64,000 nt of DNA from Lophium mytilinum (taxonomy: Eukaryota): assembly GCA_010093605.1 (NCBI GenBank), contig MU004187.1:744001-808000 (forward strand), read 5' to 3'. Under the pieces are notes generated by a model. That model had not been told where the DNA came from. It searched no databases and saw only the letters and a program-made list of their open reading frames with translations. How positions within the stretch are numbered: position 1 is the first letter of the stretch; every line of letters starts with the position of its first letter. The translations under genes and the position numbers were made by a program. This document shows, piece after piece, positions 1 to 12,195 of the stretch.

Positions 1-253
1 CGCAAAGCCCAATAAACTTAATCGCTAATGCTTACAATTGGAGCCGGACATTTGTCTCTGGCTCTGAGCACTCCCATATTAAAGGCACCGTAGCAGTTGT
101 TGGGGATTGCTGGCATGAGACCCCTGGCCTACCCAAATCTACACATCTATGATGTATATCTCACGACACTCGATTTCTCAACCTTAAGGGGATCATTTGA
201 TATGTCTAATGACCCACTGCGACGCTCCTACGCCCATCAAGTAACGCCCTTCC

Positions 254-2017
254 TCAGACCTTCGTCTCCGCACCCTCAACATTCTCAACCCGCTTATCCC
301 GCATCTCCAACTCCACCGTCTTCTCCCCATCATGATCCAGCACCTCGGCCAGCCCCCCAACCCCCTCCGTCATCTCCTTCCCCTTCCTCCCAATCAAATA
401 CCACGGCAGCTCAAAGATCGCATCAATCGCCTCCAGACTCTTCCCCGTCGTCTCCGGCAGGAAGAACCACACCCACACCAACCCAATCGCGGTAATCGCC
501 GAGAAGAAGAACATCGTCCCCCCCGTCGTCATCCCAATGAACATCAGCGGCACCGCCTTCGAATTCCCGTACTGGTTCGCGAAATGCAGCGTCATGGCGA
601 TCGAGCCGCCCAGCGCGCGCAGCCGCAGCGGGTAGATCTCCGAGTTGAGCAGGTACTGGATGCTGTTCCAGCCCAGCGCCCACCCGAAGCCGGAGAAGTA
701 GATCATGACGATGGCGCCCTGGGCGGCGCGTTTCTGGGACGGGGATTGGTGGGGCACGTCGTCGCTGACGGAGGTGTCGATGACGAGGAAGAGGGCCATG
801 TAGAGCATGGCGAAGAGCTGTAGGATGATTCCTGAGGAGAGGGCGCGCTTGCGGCCGATGTAGTCGACGAGGAAGAAGGCGCAGAGCATTGAGGAGATGA
901 ATTTGACGAGGCCGAAGATGGCGGTGGCGAAGAGTTTCTCGTTTTGGCCGGTTGTGCCCCTGCGTTTGTCATTAGAAGGAGGGAGAGAGGGGGGGAGGGG
1001 AGGGGGCTTACATCATGGCGAAGTATTCCGGTGCGTAGATGGTGATGCTGTTGGCGCCGGACCATTGCGCCAGAACTTGCGACATCACGCTGAGCATAAT
1101 GCGGTACAGGTTTGAGCGGATGGTGAAGAGCTCGCGCACGGGGCCGAGCCAGGACGTGCCCATGGTGGCTTCGCGCTCGCGGTTCAGCTGGTCGTTGATG
1201 TCGATGATTTCGCTCTGCACGTAAGGATGCTCGATAGGGAGGTTTCGGAGCTGGCTAAGTCCCTTGGCTGCGTCTTCGTGTCGTCCGACTTTGATGAGCC
1301 ATCGCGGGCTTTCTTTGGCAAAAAAGCTGAGGACGAAGATGATGCCGGCGAACATGAGGTGCATGGAGTTCGGGACTAGCCATTGAGCTTGGGATTTGTC
1401 GGAGATGTGGATAGATGAACCCCAAGACGCGAAGTAGGCCAGCATGATCCCAAGATACACAGCTCCAGAGAAGGCGCCCACACAAAGACCGCGAATGGCT
1501 CTCGGGGCGGTCTCTGCTAGGTACGTAGGCGCAACCACGGTAGTCTGACCGATTCCGATACCTGCAATGAATCGGCCTGCATAGACCATACCAATGCTAC
1601 CTGAGGGAGCGGCTGCAAGGAAGATGGCGATGCCAACGACCCAAATGAGACAAAGCTGCCTAGTAGCCCAGAGACGTCCGAGTTTGTCGGTGAGATAGAA
1701 TGCAATGAGTGCTCCGAGAATAGATCCTAATTGGACCATCGAGGTGATGTTGGAGAGCAAATCGGCCTGCTCATGTTTGCTTTTAGACGGATCTTTGAGG
1801 CCAAACTTGGCGATGAAAGGATCGAGGGTCGCGGTAGTTCCAATGAGGCCTTCGTCAATACCTCGAGCTGCTCCCATGATTCCGAAGACTGGACGCATCG
1901 TTAGTAGATCTTCTTGTCAACAAGCTCAGCAAACATACCGAAGACGCCAAACCAGAGACGCCAATTCAGCGACTCCTTCGGCGTGTCCTTGAGGTTCTCG
2001 CGCCATGGGTTCCACAT
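254..2017 (-). CDS. MFS sugar-porter family transporter (quinate permease-like), 3 exons (2017-1939, 1888-1012, 959-254)
   Basis: ATG at 2017 (MWNPWRENLK). GT-AG introns at 1938-1889 and 1011-960 join ORFs 1008..1898 and 254..889 in frame. Sugar-porter motifs: DKLGR, GRFIAGIGIG, YLAETAPRAIRG, ESPRWL, QWSGANSITIYAP, EIYPLRLR, LPETTGKSLE. Confidence 0.92.
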
Positions 2018-3337
2018 CTTGACTGTAGCGCAGGAGCGTTGTGAAGCTCTGGTTGAAGCTATCTCTACGATGAGATTGTGGTTGTCAAGTGAGGTGTGGT
2101 GAATGAGGGGTATACAACAGATTCCCACGAGAGCGAATTGGTCACGCGAGACTCAGGTTTCACAAAGGGAGGAACACAATTTCAAGCGTCTATGCCGTTT
2201 TTTATACGCTATCCGCTGGCCAAGCCCCGGACTGTGCTGTCCGCCCACGCAGTTCCCCAACGGATCAACCCCAGAGACCGGGAAACAATACTCCATGGGG
2301 AGAGCAACACGGCTGATGCTACTGAATGAGCGAAAAGTGTGGTGCAGCACGCCTGATGTGCAAGGGAGGGTCGTGGTAATGGTTACAGTGGCGGTATGGG
2401 TTGCAGTGCCCAGCATAAGAATGGGGTCGAAGCTGGGCAAGCTTCACAGCGGTTTCCTGGGCATGCTCGACAAACTACTTGGCGTCTTCGGAAGGGCCGA
2501 TATATTCTGGTGGTAAGATCATCTCCAAGGCATCTTGGTGGTGTAAAGGTCGTTGAACATAGACTGTCGTTGGTGGGAAGTCTCCAGGGTCTAAAACTTC
2601 CCCGCTTCCTTTCCGCTTGGCGTCCGCACACCCCTGGGACCAATGACGACGGTAGATCCTTCGGCTTGAGAGTCCTTTCACCGACGCTACTCGGGGTATT
2701 CCTGCACGAGGCCGACCGAGACCTTAGATATACTCGAACGATGAGAGATTTTGTGAGGCTAAACCATGCGTACAGGGTCTAGAACTGCGGGCTTCCTACT
2801 AGCCAGCTTGAAAAACCTTGGAAACTAATCGCACGATTCATGTTTGGGTGTACTAGTTCCTTAGCTAGGTTATAGGGCATAAGTATGTTTGCTGTAGTGG
2901 CGTGCTTTTTTTCTCGTGTTAAGAGTGTCTGTTTACTCTCATGAGAAGCAAGGACGAAAGCAACACACAGTACCATATCCTGCTCAGGTCCACCCAGAGA
3001 AGAAGCTGGATCGTGTTCCCTATTGCGGAGCTGTTGCAGAACTGCGCATTGTTTCGCTCTCGCATTTGCTTTCCCGCTGCCAAGGCAGAGCCGCGTCTCG
3101 AGGTGCAAAGGCGACGAGATCCACTGTTACTCTGCATAGGTCGGTACAGTAGTGTATAACGTAGTCGGAATAGTTGCTGCATTCGAACGATAGGGTGCGG
3201 GATTTTCCCTGATCGGAAGATTTAGGAATCACGGGCTACAGATAGAAGATAAAAAATAGTAATGTTTGTCGACACGCGCCAGATCAATTCATGTGAGTAG
3301 TAGGACGAATGATATCTTGAACACGAGACCTACTATC

Positions 3338-4456
3338 TCAAAGGCGGGCTTTCTCATTGACAATCGGGGGATTGCGGGACTTGATGCTTTCGACTCCCAC
3401 CTTTTGAGCCTCTTTGTTGAGAGCTTCGATCTCAGCATCGACATACGGGATTCCATTCCTAAGGCGGTCCTCTTGCATCAATTGTTCGATCTCGCCCGGG
3501 AAATAGATTCTGTCCACCCCTGCCATCTTGTCAGAATCCACGACTCTTTTATAAAGGTAGTCCATGCGGTCTTTGAACGCCTCCATATCCATGAACAGAT
3601 CCGGCTTGATGGCGACGAGAAAATGGCCGACGTCCGCGGGTTTCGATGGATCGTAGGGATTTGTGACATGTCCAGCAAAAGCACTCCCAGACAGCACCCC
3701 AGAGAAAACGTCCATCATGATTGCCAGCGCCGAGCCTTTCGGACCACCCATTGGAAGCATTACACCCTCCAACGCGCTGGCAGGATCGTCTGTGGGCCTG
3801 CCCTCCGCATCCAGCGCCCAATCCTTCGGTATCTTCTCCCCTCGCCTTAGTGCTTTGTAGATCTTCCCGCGCGCCGCCACACTGGGGGCCATGTCCAAGA
3901 TGAACGGCTTGTTCTTCCCCGCCGGCGCACCACATGCTATGGGCGAGACACCCATAAGCTTAGCTTTGCCTCCCCAGACCGGCAGCGCGGGAGATGAGTT
4001 TGTAAATACAAGACTCATCATGCCCGCGTCTAGCGCCTGCTGTACAACCCAGGCTGACATGCCAAAGTGGTTCGAATGCTTGACTGAGACCATGCCAATG
4101 CCCATCTCCTTTGCCATGTTTATCGCAGTAGACATGCCCCGATGTGCTGCGAGAAACCCAAAGCCATTGTGTCCGTCAACCTGAGCGACAACAGGTGTGA
4201 TTTTGTGGAGGGTAGGAGAAGCTTGAGGATCGAGGACGCCTTGTCGTATGCGTGCCATGTATGAGGGGATCCGGTTGACGCCATGGGTATCGACGCCGCG
4301 TAGGTCGGCTTCTACGAGGCATTTGGCGACAATGGAAGCATTTTCTCGAGGGACCCCATTGCCAACTAGAACATTTTCGACAAAGGTTTGGGCGTCCGAG
4401 GCAGTTACAAGAAGCTTTGGGCTTTGGTCGTTTGAGTTCGAGCTCGGGGCGGGCAT
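3338..4456 (-). CDS. Type-2 malate/L-lactate dehydrogenase family oxidoreductase (Ldh_2; AllD/ComC-like), intronless
   Basis: 372-aa ORF with ADLRGVDTHG, VDGHNGFG, HSNHFG, ILDMAPS, PMGGPKGSALA and IYFPGE motifs typical of the Ldh_2 family. Confidence 0.92.
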   Translation of the reverse strand: MPAPSSNSNDQSPKLLVTASDAQTFVENVLVGNGVPRENASIVAKCLVEADLRGVDTHGVNRIPSYMARIRQGVLDPQASPTLHKITPVVAQVDGHNGFGFLAAHRGMSTAINMAKEMGIGMVSVKHSNHFGMSAWVVQQALDAGMMSLVFTNSSPALPVWGGKAKLMGVSPIACGAPAGKNKPFILDMAPSVAARGKIYKALRRGEKIPKDWALDAEGRPTDDPASALEGVMLPMGGPKGSALAIMMDVFSGVLSGSAFAGHVTNPYDPSKPADVGHFLVAIKPDLFMDMEAFKDRMDYLYKRVVDSDKMAGVDRIYFPGEIEQLMQEDRLRNGIPYVDAEIEALNKEAQKVGVESIKSRNPPIVNEKARL

Positions 4457-4900
4457 CGTATGGCGGATGTCTCTACTATTCCACGTGTCAATGAAGGAGG
4501 AGTAAGCTTCGTTCTATGTCATGGAACAAGGAGCAGCCTAGATGCTATATAGAAAGAACAAGCTGGTCGAGCATGTCGGACATCTCCCCGAGGACCTACA
4601 TGTAGAAGGTGACTCGAGACGATTGGTCCAAGTTGGCGTAGGAAGGAAGACGCAGCCCTGAAGCTCTCGGAGCGCCATCGGAGTAGCTCTTGCATTAGCT
4701 AAGCGGCGACGATCTCCCATGGTGCTTTCCAAGATTCTTTCTGTCACCTTCAGACCTCGTATATTATTTCTTCTGTCAGTCGGAAAAAGGAACAGAAGTA
4801 ACGAGTGTTAGCGGCTGGAAAAGTTTTGTATCTTTCGTAATTTTTTTGATTTCCGTGTTGAAGTCTGTCTTCTCTTGCAACGTCGCTCTGCATCTCCGTC

Positions 4901-6339
4901 ATGAGCAAATACATCAAAGACGATTGGCCTGTGATGCCAGATGGCAGCCCTTTCGATGGCAAAGGGCTGCTTTCTCTTGTTAACGGCGGTAAGAGCCCGT
5001 TTGATGGAGTCTGGGACGTAAAGCTCCTCCTTCGAGAAATTGAGAAGAATCTCGATGTAAAAGTCATCGATATCCCATTCGTGTTCAACGGCGCCAACAA
5101 CTATGTGCGTTCATAGCGCAGGCCCGCTCTCCAATCTCCCATTTACTGAAACCTATTTTGGCCACGCGTAGGGCCTTCATATGAAAACTGCCCATGGGCC
5201 GGACCTTGTCGCGCGTCTGGCTCGGGGCGACGTCAACATGCCTGAATTCGATGGCCTCTCGATCCGGGTGCAAATTGCAGAGATTAAATTCGAGGCGGCA
5301 GCTTACCAGCTCCTAAGTTCAGAACCCAGTATACTAGTATCACGTCTGCTCTACTACCGCATCCCCACGAAGCACGGTGGGCCTGTAGTTAAGCCTCCTC
5401 GGAACCTTGCAGGCCGTCGATTGATGGTGTTCGAGAGAGCAGAGGGAGGTAATGACGTGTGGGATGATCTAGATGAGCAAGGAAAGGTATGTATGCAGCC
5501 CTCTTAGTGCATCGATACTATCATACCAACACGCCCCATAGGCTTTCCTCCTCGCTCAGGCAGCGGTCATTCGCGCATCACTCTTCACCTTTGACCCTCC
5601 GCTTGAATTTAGTAGCGCGTGGCTGCTCGATCGCCTTCTTGAGCCAAAACCCACGTCATTCAGTACACCAGTCGCTCCCACCCGCGAGTCTTGCATACAT
5701 CTCTTTGAGTCCAAAATCCAAGCAACCATCAAAGACTTAGGCGACGCGATAGGGTGGCCCAGCGACAACCACACAGTCGGCCCCAAAGCTTTAGCAGCCA
5801 AACAATCCCTTTTACGCCTTCTTCCACGCATCATGCCGACAGGCAGGGACGAGGCTTGCTTTTATAGACTTGTTCTTGAGCATGGCGACTTCGGTATTCA
5901 CAACATGTCCATTACAACGGACTCGAACGGCACGCCGCGGGTCACATCTCTATATGACTGGGAGACTGGCTGCATTCTCCCGGCTCTTTTGTCAGATCCT
6001 TTGATGGCCGTGACGGTCGATCTAATAGCAGACGCGGACGCAAAGGCTGCCGTCACGAGAACGCCGGATGATGCAGACGAAGAGGATTGCATAGAATATA
6101 CGAAATGGGCTGAATGCTACTTCAAGGTATGTCATAGAGCTGACTTCGGAACATAATGGGAGCAGTATTGACTGTCCAACTAGGTTCTGTTCAACGAAGC
6201 ACCTGAGTATGAACATGTAATTCAGGCAGGAAAAGATGCGCGATTTGTGTGGTCTGCGTTACGAGACTGGCCAGGTGACGACCCTGAGGCGTATTTTGGT
6301 GATTTGGGTACTTGGGCCGAAAGCAGGATGCGAAGATGA
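4901..6339 (+). CDS. APH/kinase-like phosphotransferase-fold protein, 4 exons (approx. 4901-5103, 5172-5486, 5541-6126, 6184-6339)
   Basis: GANNY, LVARLA, EHGDFGIHN and LYDWETG (Brenner-type HxDxxxxN and DWE motifs). GT..AG introns with branch sites link the ORF pieces; stop TGA at 6337-6339. Confidence 0.8.
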
Positions 6340-6379
6340 GATCTAAAGCCTCTCGTGAGTGACATAGTAGGCCGTTGAT

Positions 6380-7416
6380 AGTAGTAACCTCTGGGGGTGT
6401 CTCACGTGATCAAGTGAGTCCCCATTCATCACAGAATAGCCTCTCGATATTGAGTGTAGTCATCAACGATTAAAGTTATAACATGAAACTATAGGCAATC
6501 ACAATCGGTGTGATGACATCGCTACCAACCCAACTTACGGACTTCATGCCACTGAGGCCAGTCGAGCGGCGGTATTAGTCTGCCAAGGTGTTGTGCTAGT
6601 ATATCTCATTTCGATCTGAGAAACATTGTGTCGAAGCGGATATCAGAAATTGATAGCGTGTAAATCAAGCCTCTCTAGCTTTTGACCTTGTTTCTCAAAG
6701 AAACATGCGGGTGTGGAGCCAGCCATACGGCGGTATCGACCTGGAAAAGACAAGTGTTTTCGCACTCTCTGATATAGGCCCTGCAGCTTTTGACATCCTA
6801 CCCCTGGTTTTTATGCATAATCAGGGCCATTCAGACGGCGGTATGAACCTGGAAAAGACAAGTATTTACACGCTCTCTAATATAGGTCCCACAGCTTTTG
6901 ACAATACCCCCCTGGATCTTATGCATGATCAGGGCTAGTCAGACAGCGTTGCCACCAACAATCATCCTTTCGGAGTCACCTGAAAAGCAGTCACGAAGCA
7001 ACTACAGAAAAACGCCATTTCAAAATCGCACCGAGAATCGTGTCATATCGCAATTATGTCTGTTTTCGACCCTTCAGTTACAAGATCGAGCTAATAGATA
7101 GGCATGAGACATCTAAGTCCTCCTACCATGCTAACAAGCTCGCCAAAAACTCGCCAAAAACACATCAATGTAGACAGTCTGATATAGACCTTTCAGCATA
7201 TCGCTGGTACGCATGACAAAAAAGAAAAAGACTCGATTGCTCCCAAATACCATAGAAAGCAGTGAGACAACTCACCTAGCACCCTTAATTCTAATCAATT
7301 TAATCAAAACATCTTGACGTGCGCCAGAAGGTCGGTGATGGTGGTAAACTCTAGGGTGTCTCACGTAGCTAGGTAGGTCCCCAATCATCACGCGATAGCC
7401 TCTCGATATGGAGTAC
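6380..7416. repeat. Diverged ~75-bp direct repeat pair (approx. 6380-6455 and 7341-7416)
   Basis: gtagtaacctctgggggtgtctcacgtgatcaagtgagtccccattcatcacagaatagcctctcgatattgagt versus gtggtaaactctagggtgtctcacgtagctaggtaggtccccaatcatcacgcgatagcctctcgatatggagt. Confidence 0.75.
6727..6948. repeat. Tandem duplication with a 108-bp period (2 copies plus the start of a third)
   Basis: acggcggtat..acctggaaaagacaagt...cagcttttgaca..cccctgg...tatgcat.atcagggc starts at 6727 and 6835, with a remnant at 6943. Confidence 0.85.
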
Positions 7417-7765
7417 TGGGAAATATAGGATGATTGTAAGACCGCCCCATCGCAGTGGTGAATGTGCGACGGATTGGACATAACAATGTACATTCACCAA
7501 GGATAGTAGCCGTTCTCGAAGCCTGAAAGCAGCTTGCCACATTCACCAGTGAATCCGCCCTCATTTCAGCTTTTTCTGCCAAGCGCTGCGATTCAGTCAG
7601 TCATTTCCATTCACCAACAATAGCACGCCGCCTTTTTAATTGATTCTCTATTCAGCGACTCTGTTTATATCATCGAGGTCCACTTGCTGCCCTTCGTCTT
7701 CTCAAGACCACCACCTCCACCTCCAACCACAACGATAACTCAACCCCAATCGCAGTTGCTGGACA

Positions 7766-9601
7766 ATGGAACTTCTTCCTTGGCTCCTTATTGTCATCCT
7801 CGGCCTCGTTGTCTTCAGAGTAGAGGCCACGATGTTCCTCTTTATCTTGATCCTCGCCATCGCGGCTTGGTTCGCCTGGTTCCCCCTTCCGGACAATGCG
7901 ACTGTGTCCGAAGCTGAGTCAAGGCTTGCGGCAGAGCGTACACCAAAGCCTGCGCGAGAGCCTACAACAAATCCTGAGGCACAGCAGCATACACCAAAAC
8001 CTAGGCTAAAATCAACGCTCAAGCGGGTCCCTACTCCACCTCCTCGAAAGCCGTACGTCGCTACACCTTCACCGTCGGCCCAAGAGCTAGCTAGGCTGGA
8101 AGCTGCCGAGCAGACGAAGGTCCATCCATTCACTCACCCGGAACTGTTCGATATGAACCGTCAGTTCCCTGGCATTGGAGATAAACGCCCCTTTATCACC
8201 TCCCAAAACAAGATCCGTTTCTGGGCTGGCTCTGAATGGTTCGATGAAGACTTCGGCTTCGTTACGGCAGGATACAGCACGACCGCTGACGGTTACTTTG
8301 GCCAATGGGTCCCATACCTGGAGGGTAGCGATAGGGTTGGTTGGAGTGGCGGAGTACGCTTCCAATTTCGCTCCAAGCCGAGGCCTCGTCCAACTACCAT
8401 CGTCAAGCGGGCCGCGATGCCGCTTCCACAATCGCCAAAACTCGTTGCCAATGAGCCTAGTTTGGAGCCTGCTTAAAAGCGCTCCAAAGCCTCTACCCCA
8501 ATCACAGATACATTCTCGCTACCGCGCCCAGCGCCTTATCCACAATCCTCGCTAAAAGCAACACAAAATACACTCAAAATCACGCTGGAACCATCATCGG
8601 GTTTTCAGCAACCTCATCCACCTTGCCACGAAGCCGCCACTGCAGGCTCGATTCACACAGCCTGCCCGCCCCAGCAGCCGCATCCAGCCTTCCAAGGGGC
8701 AGCGTCTCCGGGCCCGATATATGCCCCCTTACAACCTCCGAAGCTACAACTACCCAATCTAGGGGCAGCGGGCACAGGCTTAGTTCGCCCATCTTTCAAT
8801 CCCCGATAGTTTCAAACAGCATTCCAGCAGGCTGACACTATCGGGGCCATTCGAGATGCCTTGCGGTCGGTACCACCGCCGCCGACAGTCGTATCCGTGG
8901 ATTTGGGTGATCTTCCGGACGCTGAGCTATGGTCGACGGTATTCCACGCGTCATGGGCTCCATACACAATTGGTCTGAACCCCCAAATGGCGCGATATTA
9001 CTACCTTGGCGAGAAGTGCCGCCGTTTGGCCGCGGAGGCTGCCCAGTTAATCTCTGACGAGCTGGAGACCAAGGCGAAGAAGCAGAAGAAGGACCAGAAG
9101 AGGCGTAGAGAGCTTGACGAGAGGTGCCGTCGCCTGGCCGAGGATGCTGCGCGTTACGTCGCCGACGAACGGGAGATTAGGGAGAAGAAGGCGAAGAATG
9201 ACGAGAAGAAGCGGAGGGATACGGCCATGCAGAAGGCGAGGAAGGCTAGGAAGGCTTTGAGGCGAGCTGGCCCTACATTCGGTGCCTCGACGTCTACTTC
9301 GGGGGCTTCTTACCCTCCGCCGGCTGGTGCAACTAGCACTGATACCCTCCGTGCGGGTAGCCTTTCCGGGACTTCTTCCCGATCTTCTAGCACTGTGGCC
9401 GCTGCGATCGCTTTTGGCTCCAAGCCTCAACCTACGCGTACTTCACCCTCCACTACGGCCCCATCAGGTGCTGCTTTTACCAACAAACCTCCACATACAC
9501 CCGCTGTCGCTCGGCCCTCGGAAGAGGAGCAGTGGCGCCAAATGGAAGAGCTTTCAAAGATCCCTCTTCCCGACGATGACGACCCGTTCTTTGATGATTA
9601 A
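7766..9601 (+). pseudogene. Single ~611-codon reading frame (N-terminal hydrophobic segment, Pro-rich middle, K/R/E coiled coil) broken by two in-frame stops
   Basis: ORFs 7766..8476 and 8861..9601 are in the same frame (offset 1095 = 365 codons). The intervening frame is open except for TAA 8474-8476 and TAG 8807-8809. Confidence 0.65.
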
Positions 9602-10069
9602 GCAACAGAGGCTATATCGGGCTTGTTTGAAGGTCATTTTGGCGGGTGTTTACCGGCGTTTGTGGGGCCTGCTATGTAGCTCATGAGGCGCGCAATATAG
9701 ATATTAGAGAAAGACCATGTGCTGACTGAGAGACCCGCATTGCCGCTCGGAGGTTCTCGAGCACGTGTGACTGACCGCGAAGTGATGTTCCTAGCTGGAA
9801 AGGGGTATCAGAGTGCGTAGAATTGCGGGGTTTTCCAAGAAGTATACCACTGCTTGACAGGCTTCATGCACGCATGGCTGATCGGGAAGTGATATCAAGA
9901 GCCTAAAGATGTAAGCTAAGCTTGAGAGCTTTCGGTTTCAATTTCTAACACCGTTTCTGACCCTAGTGCGCGAACACTGGAATGAGAACAGATCTACAAG
10001 CCGAATGGAAGGCTCCAAGTGTTATATGACTAACTTCAAGCTCCTGCAAACGATCGGCAAGTGATGGTC

Positions 10070-11153
10070 TAGGAAAAATGAATGTGTGTCGAATTACAGC
10101 CCCGGAAATACATTACCCAAATACTCCATGTCATTAGTGAGAACCTTCTCCAAGATTTTGTACCCGTGCTCAACAACCTGTGCCATCTCTTCTTTCTTTC
10201 TAGGCTCTGCTTTTGTAGACGTAAAGGTCAAATCTACCTTCGATTAGCACGATACCGATAAAGGGGTGTCTTAGGCTTACGCGTCGCAAAATGCGCCGCA
10301 AACTTCTATGTAAATAGACCCTCGACGTTTCCGCCATCCTCTCTTACACCTTCCCCATAATCTCTTAAGAAATTCCCAAAAAGCTCTCGTCCGCCCCTGA
10401 ACCGATCCAGTAACCATGCCTCCGCGGCGAACTGTGCAACATCTGACGAGCCACAACCGTCATGCACCATCTCCCAATCCACAGCTGTCAGTTTGTGATT
10501 ACTGAAGCCATACGCGACTGCGGATTGCGCCACAATATTCTCTGGTGAGAAGTCGCCATGACATACACACGTCGGTTCAGATTGGCCAAAAGCACCATAT
10601 TTCGCATTGATGCTTTCCGCAACTGTGGCATCATAGCCCCATTCGGAGAAGATACCTGGGACGACATCATATACTTTCCGATACGTCTTCTTTGCCGTCT
10701 CGTTCAAGAACGCATTCCGCGTTTCTTGCCCGCGCGTCGTCGTGTGCAAGCGGGCGAGCCATTTGCCTATCCGGCGGCCAAAGACGGACATATTCAGCAT
10801 TTGATTTCCGTATACCTCATCAAGCGTACGCAGACCCGCGTCGCTACTTTGCAAGAGCTTATCGTCTATGGCGTAGAAGCGGAGCGTGGCGAGGCGTAAG
10901 ATATCATCCTGAGGAATTATTTTGGGGAGGATTTCTAGCGCTTTCTTTTCAAATTCTAGGCGATCTGTGGAGATTGGAACATCTGAATCGTGCTTTGAAT
11001 AGGGCTCCGCATGTTTGATGATGGTGTTTGAGCTATCTAGAGCCTGAACGCGCCAGACGAAGTTCGTCGAGGAGTTGAGGGGGGTAATTTACGTGTAAGG
11101 TATACTGTGGGCTTTTAGGGTTGCTCCAATTCTTCGGTAGTCATGATAGCCAT
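10070..11153 (-). pseudogene. APH/methylthioribose-kinase-like phosphotransferase pseudogene
   Basis: STNFVWRV, IIKHAEPY, DRLEFE, LARLH, CHGDFSPENI and VDWEM..G...DVAQFAAE motifs. Disrupted by a frameshift near 11120, an in-frame TAA near 11090 and a TAG at 10308-10306 before FAAHFAT, followed by a GTAAGC intron and a last exon. End coordinates approximate. Confidence 0.75.
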
Positions 11154-11800
11154 TGCTATGTATTTGAAGATACTGTGACAGCTTCTGTCTAAAGATGTTC
11201 GGGTGCAGGGAAGATAGAGTCGGGGGACAGGACGGTCTAGTCATAACGGGACGTATTGCAGGTGATGACTATAGCGTAATGTATCGCCTTTTTGGGCATA
11301 CATCAACTACATCGTGGTTGGGTAATCATATCTGATCGTGAGTATCTCAAAATGGCTATGGCATTCCCAGATGCGTATATATGGATACAAGGGAACACCA
11401 AAATTAATACCAATTTGAGACTACACGAGAGTTTCTGAGTTCACGTGATATAGAGATCTATCACGTGCTCAAAGCGATGAACAGTTCTTATTTACTTCTA
11501 GTCCCATGCATTTAGAAACACTCCACGTGACATTAACATCAATCGTCAGATTTAGGGCGTCTAACTTATTATACTTGACCTGAAATTGTCAGGATTTCTA
11601 CACGCCGGTATGAATCATTCAAAGCTTCACTTTGTCTTGTCCATTTCCAGCCACGTCAACCCTCAAGCGCTCCTTCAAGATTAGAAACCACTGTCAGCTT
11701 CTAAACGTTTTGGATAGTACTTCGAATTCCGTTCTACTCAAACTTTCTAGGGCATCCTCGAGGCTCTAAACACGTTGGATGTAGAACAGTTATATCCTAT

Positions 11801-11835
11801 CAATTTTATATCACACAAGATGTGATATAAAATTG
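11801..11835. repeat. Perfect 15-bp inverted repeat with a 5-nt loop
   Basis: caattttatatcaca-caaga-tgtgatataaaattg. Confidence 0.9.
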
Positions 11836-12195
11836 GAGTCTTGATAAGTCAGTCTACCACACGGCCTATCGCTTTGACACCAAGTAAGTTCGCACTTTCA
11901 GATCTCGCCCGTATAATTTGAAAGTGCTATGATGACCGATGATCAATGAAGAAAAACCGTCAAGTCACCTTTGCTAGTTATCTGGTAGGTATGCGGTGCG
12001 ATTCCACGACTTGAAGACATTGCCCCTACCCCTCTCCATATCTGTCTCGAAATCCGTGACTATTGACCTTAATACCAGAAGCCTCGCCCCCAAGAGTCCA
12101 TACTGCTATATTGATCTGTCGCTCCCATTGTCTTGCTATGGCGCGCCTCCTTTCCTCGCTAGTAATCTAGCTGCACGGGCGTTACTTCGTCCAGT

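Noticed and set aside
97..1224. Plus-strand and alternate-frame ORFs (97..495, 332..823, 703..1065 and others)
   Set aside because: Shadow ORFs of the GC-rich transporter gene.
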